Origin: Mesotaenium endlicherianum
Taxonomy: Eukaryota
Direction: 5' to 3'
DNA: 64,000 bases
Assembly: GCA_009602735.1 (NCBI GenBank)
Contig: WELA01003365.1
Span: 1 to 64,000 of the forward strand
The notes below the pieces were generated by a model. The model did no database searches and was not told the origin of the DNA. It saw nothing but the letters and a program-made list of their open reading frames with translations. Both the position numbers and the translations under genes were made by a program. Each line of letters begins with the position of its first letter. Within the stretch, counting starts at the first letter, position 1. Below, one piece after another: positions 1 through 12,100 of this stretch.

Positions 1-154
1 CCCCTGCTCTTTTTCTTCCCACGTCCCCACCTTTCCCCCCTCTGTCTCCTCCTCCCCCCCTCCCCTTTCGGAACCAAGTTTCTGCCGATTGTGTGTGTCG
101 CTAATACATCAAAAGGTGCGGGTGCGGGTGCGGGGGCGGCGGTGCGGGCGGCAG

Positions 155-2068
155 GTATGACCACGATTTCTACAGCAGCGTGGTGCACGGGCGCGGCGTG
201 CTGTCGTGGGCGGCGGTCGACGTGGCCAAGTCCGACGACCTCATCGGGTTCGTGACGGTGCGCGTGCTGTCGCTGGCTGAGAGTGAGGTACGCAGCCTCT
301 TCCTCCTCACCTCTGCTTCTGCGCGCATGTCTCCGCCTTCACCTTTGCCTCTGCCTTTCCCGGCCTGCTGCGCGCGTCTGCACCAACAGAGCACGACGGG
401 ACGAGGCTCGTCGAAGCTTTGCTATTGGACAGCCAGGCTGGGCCACCAGCCAGTCGGAGCTCCTCTTCGAGGCGCAGAAGGGACAAAGGGGGGCCAGAGG
501 GAGCACGCGGGTGGGCGGCTGCAACCGGGTGCACATGCTTGCATCCTCTTCGCGGTGGGGTGCGCGGCGGGCGCCTGCCCCGGCGGGGCAGGCGCACGCC
601 TGGGTGGAAGGTGCCCCTTCCGCTGTTTGGCCCACCCCGTTCCTATCGCTCCCGACCTCTCTCTTCTGAGCCTGGCCTGCGCGTGCGCATCTTGCACGCG
701 TCCTTGTCCATGTCTTGCTTGCATGTGTGTCGGTGCCGGCAGGCATGCGCAGCCGGGGGGNNNNNNNNNNNNNNNNNNNNNNNNNNNNNNNNNNNNNNNN
801 NNNNNNNNNNNNNNNNNNNNNNNNNNNNNNNNNNNNNNNNNNNNNNNNNNNNNNNNNNNNNNNNNNNNNNNNNNNNNNNNNNNNNNNNNNNNNNNNNNNN
901 NNNNNNNNNNNNNNNNNNNNNNNNNNNNNNNNNNNNNNNNNNNNNNNNNNNNNNNNNNNNNNNNNNNNNNNNNNNNNNNNNNNNNNNNNNNNNNNNNNNN
1001 NNNNNNNNNNNNNNNNNNNNNNNNNNNNNNNNNNNNNNNNNNNNNNNNNNNNNNNNNNNNNNNNNNNNNNNNNGGGGGGTGGGGGGGGGGGTTCGGTCTG
1101 CTGGTATTTGCGGCCTCGCTTGACGAGCGACAGCTGGCGCCGGCATCTTCAAAAAGTGTGCGTTGGTTACCACGCTTGCACGGCGCTGGTTTCGTCAGAG
1201 GGCTCTGCTGTGGAGAGAAAGGGGAGGGGGTGTGTGTGGGAGGTAGGGAGTGGGAGAGGAGCAGCAGGAGGGGCGGGTGCGATGTTTGCTGCTTGCTGGC
1301 GGTTGAGAGTCAGAGGCAGAGGCGGAGGTCGACGGGGAAGAGGAGCCCCCTTCTCTCGCCTCTTCCTCCCCTGGCAAAGCCTCGCTGGCAACTTTCTGCG
1401 CCCTCCACCAGCGCAGCAGTTGCAAGGGTGCATCTGCATATGCTACGGGTGCCTCCTCTTGGGAGGAGACTGGAGGGCCGTGTGCGCCCCTTGGATCGCG
1501 CGCGCGTGCAAGCACTTCTGCAAGCACGCAGGCAGGCACGCACACTCACATGCACGGTAACACACCCACGCTCGCGCGCACGCGCGCACGCGCGCACGCG
1601 CACACACGCACATGCACGCGCACACGCACGCACACACGCGGTTGCGCGCGCACGCACGTTCAAACCAATGACCCGATGCTGCCTCCTGCGCACACGCACG
1701 TGCACGCGCATGCAAATGACGGGCTGGGGAGTGCGTGCGCTGCGTGCCGGGGCGGCGGCCGGGGGTTGTCCGGGGTTTTGCGGCCCTCTAGAAGCAGGAG
1801 CCGGGGCTGCTGGAGCGCGCGCACCTCAGCTCGTCAGGCGACCGCTGCCTCATCTACATCCTAACACTTGGCGTCACCAAGCCGTACCGCAATGCTGGTG
1901 TGGGTGAGTCGCTCGAGGTCCCCTCCCCTCACCTTGGTGGCCTCACCGCCCCCCCGCCTGCAGCGCCTCGCCACTTGCAAGCCTACTTGCCTGCCGGCCT
2001 GCCAGTGTTTGACTCTGCCTGTCAGCCTGTCTGGTTCTCTCCCTTGCCTGCCTGCCTGTCTGCCTGCT

Positions 2069-2100
<32 letters not shown>

Positions 2101-3470
2101 AGTGTCTGTTTGTCTCTGTTTCTTCATCCACATGTCTGCGTCTCTCAGTCTGTCCTTGCTCCCTAGGAGCCCGTTACAGAAACCGCAGTTGCCTCAGCTG
2201 CTGCTGCTGCCGCTCCTCCTCCTCCTCCTCCTCATCCACTTGGCTTCTTCTCAAATCCGTCATTCCCCACCAGTCCCAACCCCTGGCGAGGACTCTGCTG
2301 CTGCTTGCTACGGTTGTGCAGCTGTTCCCGGGTCTGTGGGGCCCAACTTGCAGAGCATGTGCTTCCTTTCCTCTCCCAGTTCTGGAGCCTGCTGGCATCA
2401 CTACCTCTCCAACCGGTACCATGCACACGCCCGTAGTGTGCCTGCACCCTCTATCTGTCCTTTGTCTTCTTTCTCTGATGCGAATGTGCATGCGTTTGCT
2501 CCCTCGCGCGCATGCGCTTGTGTGTGTCTGTGGCGTCTGTATGTGTGGGTGTGTGTGCCGCAGCTTCCACACTGATCTGGAAGGTGACGGAGTACGCGCG
2601 CAACTGCGCCACGTGTCAGGCCGTGTACCTGCACGTGATCGCGTACAACCACGCGGCCATCGCCTTCTACCGCAAGAATGGGTTTGCGTGCCGCCGCCGC
2701 GTGCACAACTTCTACAGCATCGGCGCGCGCTCCCACGACGCGTTTGTCTACGTCCATTACGTCAACGGCAGCCGCCCCGCCTCCGCCCCGCTGTGAGCCT
2801 TCCGCCCTTCCGTCCAGTCACCCGCTCATTTCCTCATTCATGTGTCCGTACATCACCTGTTCATCCACTCACCCATGGAGTGTAAGTGCCTCTCGAGAGG
2901 CTGACTTCTGCGGCATTTGCGGTGAAGCTCGTGTTCTTACTTTGTGTGAGTATGGATGAGAGAGACGTAGAGGGAGGAAAAAAGGGGGAGTGTCAGTATA
3001 TAGGTTCAACTATCTGCACACGCGGGTGCGTCGGGGTGAGAAATTCTTGGGGTCAGAAAATCTGCAGATGTTTGATACTGCTCTCATGTGGTTGCTATGT
3101 AGCTTGTGCTCATCGTGCGCCCTGGCGTGTGTGTCGTGTATGTGTGCGTGTGTGGTGCGTGTGTGTGTGCGTGTTTGCGTGTATGTGTCTGTTTGCCTAT
3201 GTGGCTCCCTGTGTTTGAACCCTCCCTGCTCCCTGCTCCCTCCTGCGCAGAGACTTCTTCACGAGCGTGAGCTTGTTTCTGCGGAGCATGCTGCACGCGG
3301 TGATGGCCCGCCTCTTCGGGCGCAAGCAGGACTGCCTCGACGCCGCTGACGACGACGACGACGACAAGGCCGCCAAGTGGCCGTCCAAGTGCCCCGACCC
3401 GTGTGGCTCCTCCATCTGGCACTTCCAGCCCAGCAGCCGGGCTAACAGTATATACGTCACCTGTCAGTGA
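155..3470 (+). CDS. NAA60: N-alpha-acetyltransferase 60-like GNAT protein, 5'-truncated by the window edge; exons 155-287, 1798-1903, 2564-2792, 3251-3470
   Basis: Spliced translation YDHDFYSSVV..SWAAVD..DDLIGFVT / LIYILTLGVTKPYRNAGVA / VYLHVIAYNHAAIAFYRKNGF..VHNFY matches plant NAA60 motifs. All junctions are GT-AG with consistent phases. Confidence 0.88.
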
Positions 3471-3499
3471 GTGCGCGCTTTGGCTACGGCCATTTTGGT

Positions 3500-3730
3500 C
3501 TTTGGCCTTGACCTTTGCCTTGGCCTTGGCTTTGGTGATGGCAATGGCTATGGCTATGGCTATGGCCACGGCTGCGGTTACGGGTGTGGGACTGGCAATG
3601 GCTATGAAATGGCTATCGCTATGGCTGTAGCCACGGCTGCGGTCACGGCTGCGTGCATGGACAATGGCTGTGGCGATAGTTATGGTGATGGCTATGGTGA
3701 TGGCTTTGGTGATGGCTGTCGCGATGGCCT
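3500..3730. repeat. Degenerate (GGCTAT/GGTGAT)n hexamer repeat downstream of NAA60
   Basis: Visible ggctat/ggcaat/ggtgat units; produces spurious GYG-rich and AMAM-rich ORFs. Confidence 0.7.
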
Positions 3731-5038
3731 GCTGCAGCGTGTAGTTGCCCTTCAGGAGAAGAAAAGCAGCGTGCCGATGCTCGGGTAGTAACGGCTGGCC
3801 GGACCCTGGGGAAGCAGCTGCTGCACCGTGTAAAAAGTGTCGAAGAAAAAGAATTCATCTCGCACCCCTCCCGGTGTAGCTTTTTTGTCCAGTCCCGTAG
3901 ATGCGTTTGGTGGGGTTGTGATAGTTCAGGCTAGGTCACTGTAGATTTTGTACAGATTAACAGCTGATTTTCGAGTGCAAGCATCATGGTCCAAGCAGGT
4001 ATGTTTGCGCCCGAGTATGTTGAGAAGCTATATTATACTTGTTTAGCAGAGAGTTTCACACCCTGTGGAAGGGCCAGACTTAAGCTTATGCCAGCTCTCG
4101 CGCCCAAGTATGTGGTCCCTACTTTTGAAATGTTGGAGGGCACCAGAATGCGCGGGATGTATGCCCTGCAGCAGATTTCCGCGCACTCGCTCTGGTGCAT
4201 GTGCTTCGATGCGGGTCATGCATTTGTGATGTATAGCAGCTCTTACCTCGATGTGCACGATGGCTGTAAGAGTGTTTTCGCAGATTGATGCTGTACCCTT
4301 CTATATCCTAATAGTGTGGGCCGTGGCCCATAGTACGTAGGAAATTATTTGCGGCATTGTAAACACTCCCAGTTGAGCATTATCGTAGTGCAAGTGCCTT
4401 GCTCAGTCACATATGCGCGATAAGAAGAGCGCAATGTTGAATACTGTTCCTTTGGTAGTAGGTGGCCTGTGGCACATTCGTCACAGCGCGTTCATCTGAG
4501 TAATCAAGCGCTGGTAGTCTATGACATGAGATCAAGTTCACTCCCAGTTTTATGCTAGTCTTAACTTGACCATACTCTCCAGACATCTCATATGTTTGAC
4601 TGAATGTACATGAGCTAATCGCGCAGTGTGTTATCATATCATGTTTGCTGGTATCCATCTGATCACTCCACACAATCTCTCGCATGGCCCAAAGTTTTTC
4701 AGGTGTGTATCCTCACATTCTCAAAGAATGGCCTTGAGGAAGCATATCAGCCTGGGCACATGTTGACAACAAAGCCAAAGCTCCACAGGGGACATAGAGT
4801 CCAGAATAGGGTGCGAATTCTCAACGCACGACGACAGCGTGCAAGTCCATTCAATGGGTCACATTTGAAACAGAACAAGAGATTTTGAGAAAGTAGCCAG
4901 CTGTCCACCGCTCCAAAAAGCGCTCTGATTCCACAAGTGCTTTCAGCCATGACAGCCTGACCATTCTGAAACTTCCAGCCCTACGCACGCGCTTGCATCT
5001 TTTGCTCAAAACCTCCACCCAGACCAGATGCACTGGCC

Positions 5039-8000
5039 TCAGTCTCGCCGACCCCTCCGCCCCCTCCCAACTTCCTCATTGTCATCAGGCTCTCTCCTCC
5101 TCCTCTCCCCCCTCCTGCCATCTGAGCCCGGCCCCCCCTCGTCTATCTCCCGGTCCCTCTTCTTCCCCCCCACCCTGTTACCCTCATCGTGCGCGCGGTC
5201 ACCGTCTCTGTCACCTCTCCCTCTCACCGAGCGTCCCCCACCACGCCCGTCGCGGCCCTCCGCCTCCGAAGCGGCCGCACCATGCCTCCTCTCCCTGTCC
5301 CTCCCGCGCTCGTCACGGCCTCTCTCAGGCACAGGCACAGGCGCAGGCGCTCTGTGCCGGTCGTGCTTCGCAGCTCTGTCGCGACCTTGGTCGTCAGATT
5401 CATTGCGATCGACGCCCCTGGGCCTCCTGTCGTCACCTCCGCCGCTTCTCCCCCCGTCCCTCTCCACATCGGGCTCAGCCGCCCGCCTCTTGTGCTGCTG
5501 CTCTCTGCCAGCCCCCCTGTCCCTGTCTCCGTCTCCACCCCTGTCCCTGTCGCCGTCCCTGTCCCTCCGACCGTCCCCACGAGGACGCTCCTGTTCTCTG
5601 CCCCGCTCTCTGTCTCGGCTTCGCTCCTCGTAGCGAGCATCTCTGCCTTTAAGGCGTGCGTCAGGCTCTTCTGCCGCTCGGGTGCCGTCCCTGCTGTCCC
5701 TGCCGCCCCCTCCGCCGCCGCCCTTCTCGCTCCTCCTCTCTTCGCGGCCTCCATGCCCCTTCCTGTCTTCACCCCCACCCCCGGAAGAGACATGCCTCCC
5801 GGTGTCCACCTGGCGGCCCTCCCTTTCCGGCACCTGGGCCCTATGAGTGCTCTGATTCCTCTCCCCGCCTCGCTCGCCTCTGCCTGGGTCTGCTCTCACG
5901 GGGGGCCTGGGCTGTGTGATGTCGGCGCCGCGCTCCATCCTGGTCGTGCCCCCTCTGGCCTCCTTGGGCTCCCTGGAAGGACCCCTTCCATCTCGGGAAG
6001 CTCCCCTGGAGTCGCGTTCGACGAAGGTGTTGCCGTTGTTGTTGCCATTGTCGTCATCGTTGGCGTCATCGTCACCGTGGCCGCCCTCGTCGTCATCCGC
6101 AAACACCATGCCATAGCTGCAGCCACGCGCGCCCCCACGGTTTGAAGCGGGCCAGTCAGCAGCGCTCGACCAGTTGCCAAAGAGAGTCGAAAGGAAGAGT
6201 TTCTGAGAGAGTGACCTGACATTCACGTCAGCAATGTGCACGTGAACTTGTCCAGGTAGGACAGACGGATGCGGAAGGTGGTGTTCCCGAAGATAATCTG
6301 AATCCCGGGTTGCGCGTGTGCATCAGGCGCAGGCTCAGCATGAGAGCAGGCGCCAGCAAGCAGACGAGGGCGGACACCAGAAACGCCTACTCTTCTGTCA
6401 ACCTAAGAAACACCGTCGAGCTCCCCCTTCCTCACCCCCGCCAGACTCGGGCCTCAAGGTAGATCGACGTGTGCCACCCCGGTGCTGGCAAGAACAAAAG
6501 GCGGAAGTGCCTGACTCGAAAAAATGAAGCGCACATACGTCCGCAACATGCATATTTGTTCTCAGAAAGCCAGAAGGAATACATGCATGTGTGCATGTCA
6601 CACACACATGCACACGCACACACATACGCGTGCGCGCACACATATCACAAATGCACACAGATGTGAGTGGACGGGCATGCGATGGAGAGGAGCCGTGGCG
6701 CGACGGGAGCCACCTCTTGGTGACGTTGCCGCGCTGCCCGCCACTCTGCTTCAGCTCATACGTGGGCGGCGGACGCGCCTCCTCCTCCTCGCCCTCTCCT
6801 TCCTCCTCCTCCTCCTCCAGCTGCTGCTGCTGCTGTCTCTGCTGTCCCTGCTGGTGCTGCCGTCGCTGCGGGTGCTGCTGCTGGTGCGGCTGCTGCTGCT
6901 CTCCGGGACACTCGCGAGCAAAGTGGCCCACCTCCCCACACTTGAAGCAGCCTTGGCCTCCTCTCCCCCCCCTGGGCGCAAACCCTCCGCCTGCTCGACC
7001 CGCCGGGACGATTTGACAAGGGCAGAGAGGAGCGCAAGCGGTCGGTCGGACAGTCAGCTAGTGCGTCAGTCAGTCAGTCAGCCAGCCAGTCAGATGCGAC
7101 GCATGAGTGGCATGCAAGAGTGGCTGCATGTCCCCAAGTGCGAGCGGGACAGGCGATCCGCCCCCTCTGTTGAACTGAGATCATTCTGCACCACACATTG
7201 CACTAAGGAGCCCACCAACACAGTCAGCACGAAGAGTGCAGAGCCCCAAATTTGTTCACCTAGGCCAACATGGAGCAGGAGATGGCCTGAGGCCTGCAGG
7301 CACCCTCCTCAGGAGGAGGAGGACGGCGAGAAGATCTGACGGTCTGCCAGGGGGAAAGTGAGCAATCAAAGTTGGGGTACACAGACGCACGCGCAGAATG
7401 CACGCAGGCGCATGCAGGCGCTTCAACAAGCAGAGCGCACAGCTACCCAATATGCGGGCAGAGATACGCATTTTGACTTCTGACGATGCCGAGGCTCTCT
7501 GCACAGTTGATTTAGTGCTGGCAGGCACAGGCAGCCGGGGCACAGCAGGGGCACCAGGGCAGAGCACAGCACAAGGGCACAGCACAGCACAACAGAGCGG
7601 AGCAAGACAGACATGACAAGTCAAGCAGAGCAGAGCACAGCGGAGCAGAGCCGACCGGAGCCGAGCCTAGCCGAGCAAATTCGAGCAGACCAGAGCAGAG
7701 CACAGCACAACAGAGCAGGGGAACAGCAGCAGGGTGGACCTGCGGCGCCGGGGTTGTCGTCCTTTGAGCCGATGCGACGGAAGCGGTTCCAGAGGCGGCC
7801 CACGCTCTGGCTGAAGTCCACGTGGATGCGTCGGTCGTCGATCAGCACGTTGTCCATCTGCCACAGCGCCCCCCCCCGCCGCACCCCCACACCCCAAGCG
7901 GCCGGGCGTCAGTCCCCCAGAAGCAGCAGCAGAGTGCACCACAACCTCGGCACAGCCCGCACTTTCTGCATGCGCTTGCAGATGTTGCCTCTCTTTCTCG

Positions 8001-8823
8001 CAGGGCGGCTGGTGACCAGCCGGGCCGCCTTGTGACGTTAATCAGGGGGGAGATAAGCACAAATGATCCAGGCAGCAGTACAGCGTCTGAGATTGTTGGG
8101 GGAATGAAGAAAAGGCAGAGAAATGTGGCAGAGGAAGGAGGGGCTCTGCAGAGGGGTGGCTGCGGCTCGGCCAGCAGCTGAGTCCCTGCCGCTGTCACAG
8201 CCACGGGAGGAACAGAGCACGCGCAAGACCTGACCCTGCAGAGAGATTCATCAAGCTATTTTGCAGCTTTGTCCCCTGAGGGAGAGCAAGGGACAGGGAG
8301 AGATATAGAGAAAGCAGACTAGAGAACAGGGAGACAGCCAGCAGGTGGAGCACCCTGACCCCCCCCNGTGGTCAGGCCCCAGGATGCGCTCGTTTACGAT
8401 CAGCTCGCGGTGCTCCTGCAGCAGCGCCGACCCCGGGTCGCCCGCGTGGTACAGCACCATCGCCAGCCGCCTGCACACGCCGCAGCAGCAGCCGTAGCCG
8501 CAGCATGAGCTCACACGGGTCAGTGTTGCACTCATGCAGGACCATTGTCGCACGCGTGCACGCAAGCATTCATTCGCACAGCAAAAGCAGGCAGGCAGGC
8601 AAGCAGGCAGAAATAGCTGCAGAGGCAGCGTCAAACACGCGCGAGCACGCAGGCACGCGCGGAGGCAGGCGTTTTGAGTGTCACTGCCCTGCTCGTATGC
8701 AGGCCAACAGGGCACCCTCAGAGCCTGTGCTGTGTATTCATCGTTCTCCTTGTGTGCGTAGTTTTCATCAATTTCACAAATCATCACACACACAAACACA
8801 CACACACACACAGACAGACAGAC

Positions 8824-8870
<47 letters not shown>

Positions 8871-9098
8871 ACTTTCTTACCAACAAACGCGTAGCAGAGG
8901 CTGTCGCCCGTCTTCATGTCGCGGATGATGTCCGCCCTGCCCCCTCCGCCGCACGCGCACCCAAGCCACCCCCCCCCGCCCCCCCCTTTGCACAATGTTG
9001 AGCAAACACGCGAATTTCAAGCAGACTTTTTGCAGTTGTACAATGTCAAGTTCAATGACACAGGATGTACCCATGTACGTGCTTACAAAAGGTTTACG

Positions 9099-9136
<38 letters not shown>

Positions 9137-12100
9137 CAAATATATGTATATACACATAAATAAATAAATAAATAAATAAATAAATATATATACATATATA
9201 CACATACATGCATACATACATATATGTAATTTGTGTGTGTGTGTATGTGTGTGTTTTTGTGTGTGTTTTTTGAGCAGATGCATCAAAACCTACAGCATTT
9301 AGCCCGATTGTAAGCTAAACCCAAATCTAATCTCTCTGTGCAAGAAAAAGATGGCGGTCGGCAGGCACACTCGGCCTGCTGCATTGGTCCCACCGCATGT
9401 GCCAGCTGTCGATCCTGAAAAGAAGGGTGCTCATTGCACACGACCCTGTCCCTTGAGAGGACTTCAAGGGGCTGCGGGGGGCTCAGTGAGAGGGAGGGGG
9501 AGAGAAAGGGGGAGCGCGAGCTGCTCACGAGACCACTTTGCCGAAGCGCGCGAAGATGATCTCCAGGTCATCGTCCTGCCACACCGATCAACACGCAGGG
9601 TCAACACACTGGTCAAAGTGCAGGACAACACAAAGGTCGACACAGTGCAGCCGGAAAAATAGGTTAACCTCTCCCTATTATCTTCTGGAATCGAAAGTCT
9701 CAGAGGAATGTGAGGAGGGAGGGGCAGTCTTGACACAGGTTCTGTGGCTCCCGTGTTTAACTTGAAATTGGAACACCAGAGATGAGGCTGAAAGGGGGGT
9801 AGAGGGAGACGCAGAGCAAGCGGCAGATTGTGCACAGGACAGATGACAGGAGGGAACTGGGGCTTGGCAGATGCCCAGCGCCAATAGGCAGTTGTGCACT
9901 TGCACCTGTGCAGGCATACATGCGTGTGCATCTGTGGCACTGTGGCCCTCCGCCCATGTGCCCTCCTGCTGCTTGTGACGGATTACTATTAGTTATGCTC
10001 GTAATAAAAGTACCCCTTCCTTGGCTGTGGGCTAAACAACAAGAGGAAGAATCAGTGAGCGTATCATCAAAGTAGTATTCCTCAACTTTTCTTGAAGTTA
10101 TTACCAGTCTCTCAAACTATCTCACTCCCTCTCTCGAGCTCTCCCTCCTCCCTCCCGCCTCCCCCGGGCACGTCTTTTCCGCCGCCCGCCCAGCCCCCCT
10201 ATCTCCTCCCTCTTCCTCCTCCGCCCCACCCTCACCCTCTTTGTTACCTCAGAAGAATGACGCACAACAAACACTCAGAGAGGGAGAGAGCATCAGCTTC
10301 GTTGGGGTGCCCTCCTTTGTGAAGCGACGGTTCCCCCCTGCTCCCCATTCCCTAGTCTCCCAGACTCCCATCCGCTTGAAGTCCTCCTCGGGGTAGCCAT
10401 GTGGCGACAAGGAGGAGAGACAAGCGGCCTTGATGGGGCAAGAGCGGCCCTGAGGAGTCGCTGGGGGGGCAAGCATGAGGAGCGCTGGTGGGGGGCAGCA
10501 CGGCTCACCTGAGTGACGGGATTGAGGCGGCAGACAAACAGCACGTTCTCTGGCGGCTTCACCTCCGCCTCCGGCAGATCGCCAATCTGTCATGGAAGCG
10601 GGAGTCAAACGCAGAGTCACCGCGGGCCCCCAAGACAGCACACACACATACACACACGAGACAGGAGAAGGCAGATGTGCGAAGTTCAAGGTTCTTGCAA
10701 TGATGACTGAGGAGGAAAAAAAGGGAGTAATTCGGACCGTGCAGTAGGAGCAACGCGCTCTGCCTCCGACGCAAAACGTGAGTAGAGAGCAAAGCAGAGG
10801 CAGGGGAAGAGGCAGGGGAGAGAGAAGACAGGAAGAGAGGAGGGCCGGCGGTTGCCGAAACTCCAGTCGGGGCAGCCCAATGTGCGCCAGAGCCATAGAC
10901 ATCTCGAGACTGTCGTCGGACATTAGCATCAGCCTCACCCTAGCTCATGCCCTTGCCCGTGCCCATGCGCGTTGTACTCGTGATGGTCCAGCAGCTGCTC
11001 TCTCTGCTTGCAATGCCCCCCCCGCGCATGCCAGGTCACTTGCCCCCTCCGGCTGTCCCCTTTCGCCCTTGCATGCAGTAACAGTAGATGGTGAACAGTT
11101 CACACGACCCCAATGGCCCTGCTAGAAATAGAGCAGCATCTGCGAAGCACACGGGCGTCAGCCTCAGCCGCAAGTTTACAATGTCCCGGGTCAATGGGGG
11201 ACGAGGGCATCATCTCTCAGAGCGCGACAGGTGTGCGAGCGCTGTCATCACGCTTCTGGGAGCCACAGAGGGGCCGAGGCGGAGGCCGAGGAGGGAGGGA
11301 GGAAAATGGAGACGGCGAGGGGACGAAGGGAAGGAAGGGGGGGGGAGAGGGGGCATGAGGGCAGGCAGGAAGGGGAGGAGGAGAGGACGGGACGAGGCTC
11401 GGAGTTCACAATTCTCAAGGGGCAGGGTTTTAGATCGAGGGGCTGGGCTTTGCTTGCGGGGGCGTGGGGCTCAGGCCTTTTGGTTCACGGTTGAGGTCTT
11501 AGCGTTGGGCGGGGAAGCTCGGGTTTGGGTTTGACGGGAGAAGGGAGGCACACCATCTCGAGGACGACGGCGCGCGAGTGCGCCTCCTTGGAGCGCAGCG
11601 ACTTCTCGAGCTCCTGCGGGTCCATGGTGGTGTCCATGGGCACCCAGTCGTCCTCCAGCCGCGCCTCCTCCCCCTGTGCTCCTCTTTCCCAAACCACCCC
11701 CACCGAAAGCGCACGTCGGCCCGCTTGCTATGTCGAGAGGCGCGGGCGAGCATAGAGACGCTGAGCAAGCTGAGCACAAGCACTCTGCCACAGGATGGCA
11801 GACCTGCACAGCACAGAATAGGTCGGAGAGGGAGGGGGGGAAGGGGAGAAGGGGTGGAGGAGGGCAGGGGGTAGGAAGGGGGGAATAACCATGCTTAGCA
11901 GCAGAGACAGGTTCAAAAAGTGCACCACAGGAAAACAGGAAGGGGGCAGGTGTGAACGGGCGGCACCTCAGCTGGAGGCCTGGGTGGCGGAGAGCACTCG
12001 GGGATGAGGTCTGCGAGACCCGGGGGGTCGGGGTACGGGTCATCCAGCACATGCGCGTGCTTTAATCTGCACGCCAGCCATCACGCCACCCACCCCCACC

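Noticed and set aside
180..1907. Long ORFs running through N-gaps (also near 19004-20105, 24550-25485, 43097-44201, 49074-49456)
   Set aside because: They are open only because Ns contain no stops; the gaps sit at poly-G/C or (TA)n assembly breaks.
3471..3788. Gly/Tyr-rich ORF (GYGYGHGCGYG)
   Set aside because: Translation of a hexamer repeat just past the NAA60 stop; no independent gene structure.
4993..6145. Several 200-320 aa plus-strand ORFs
   Set aside because: Antisense shadows of the GC-rich, low-complexity last exon of CYP59.
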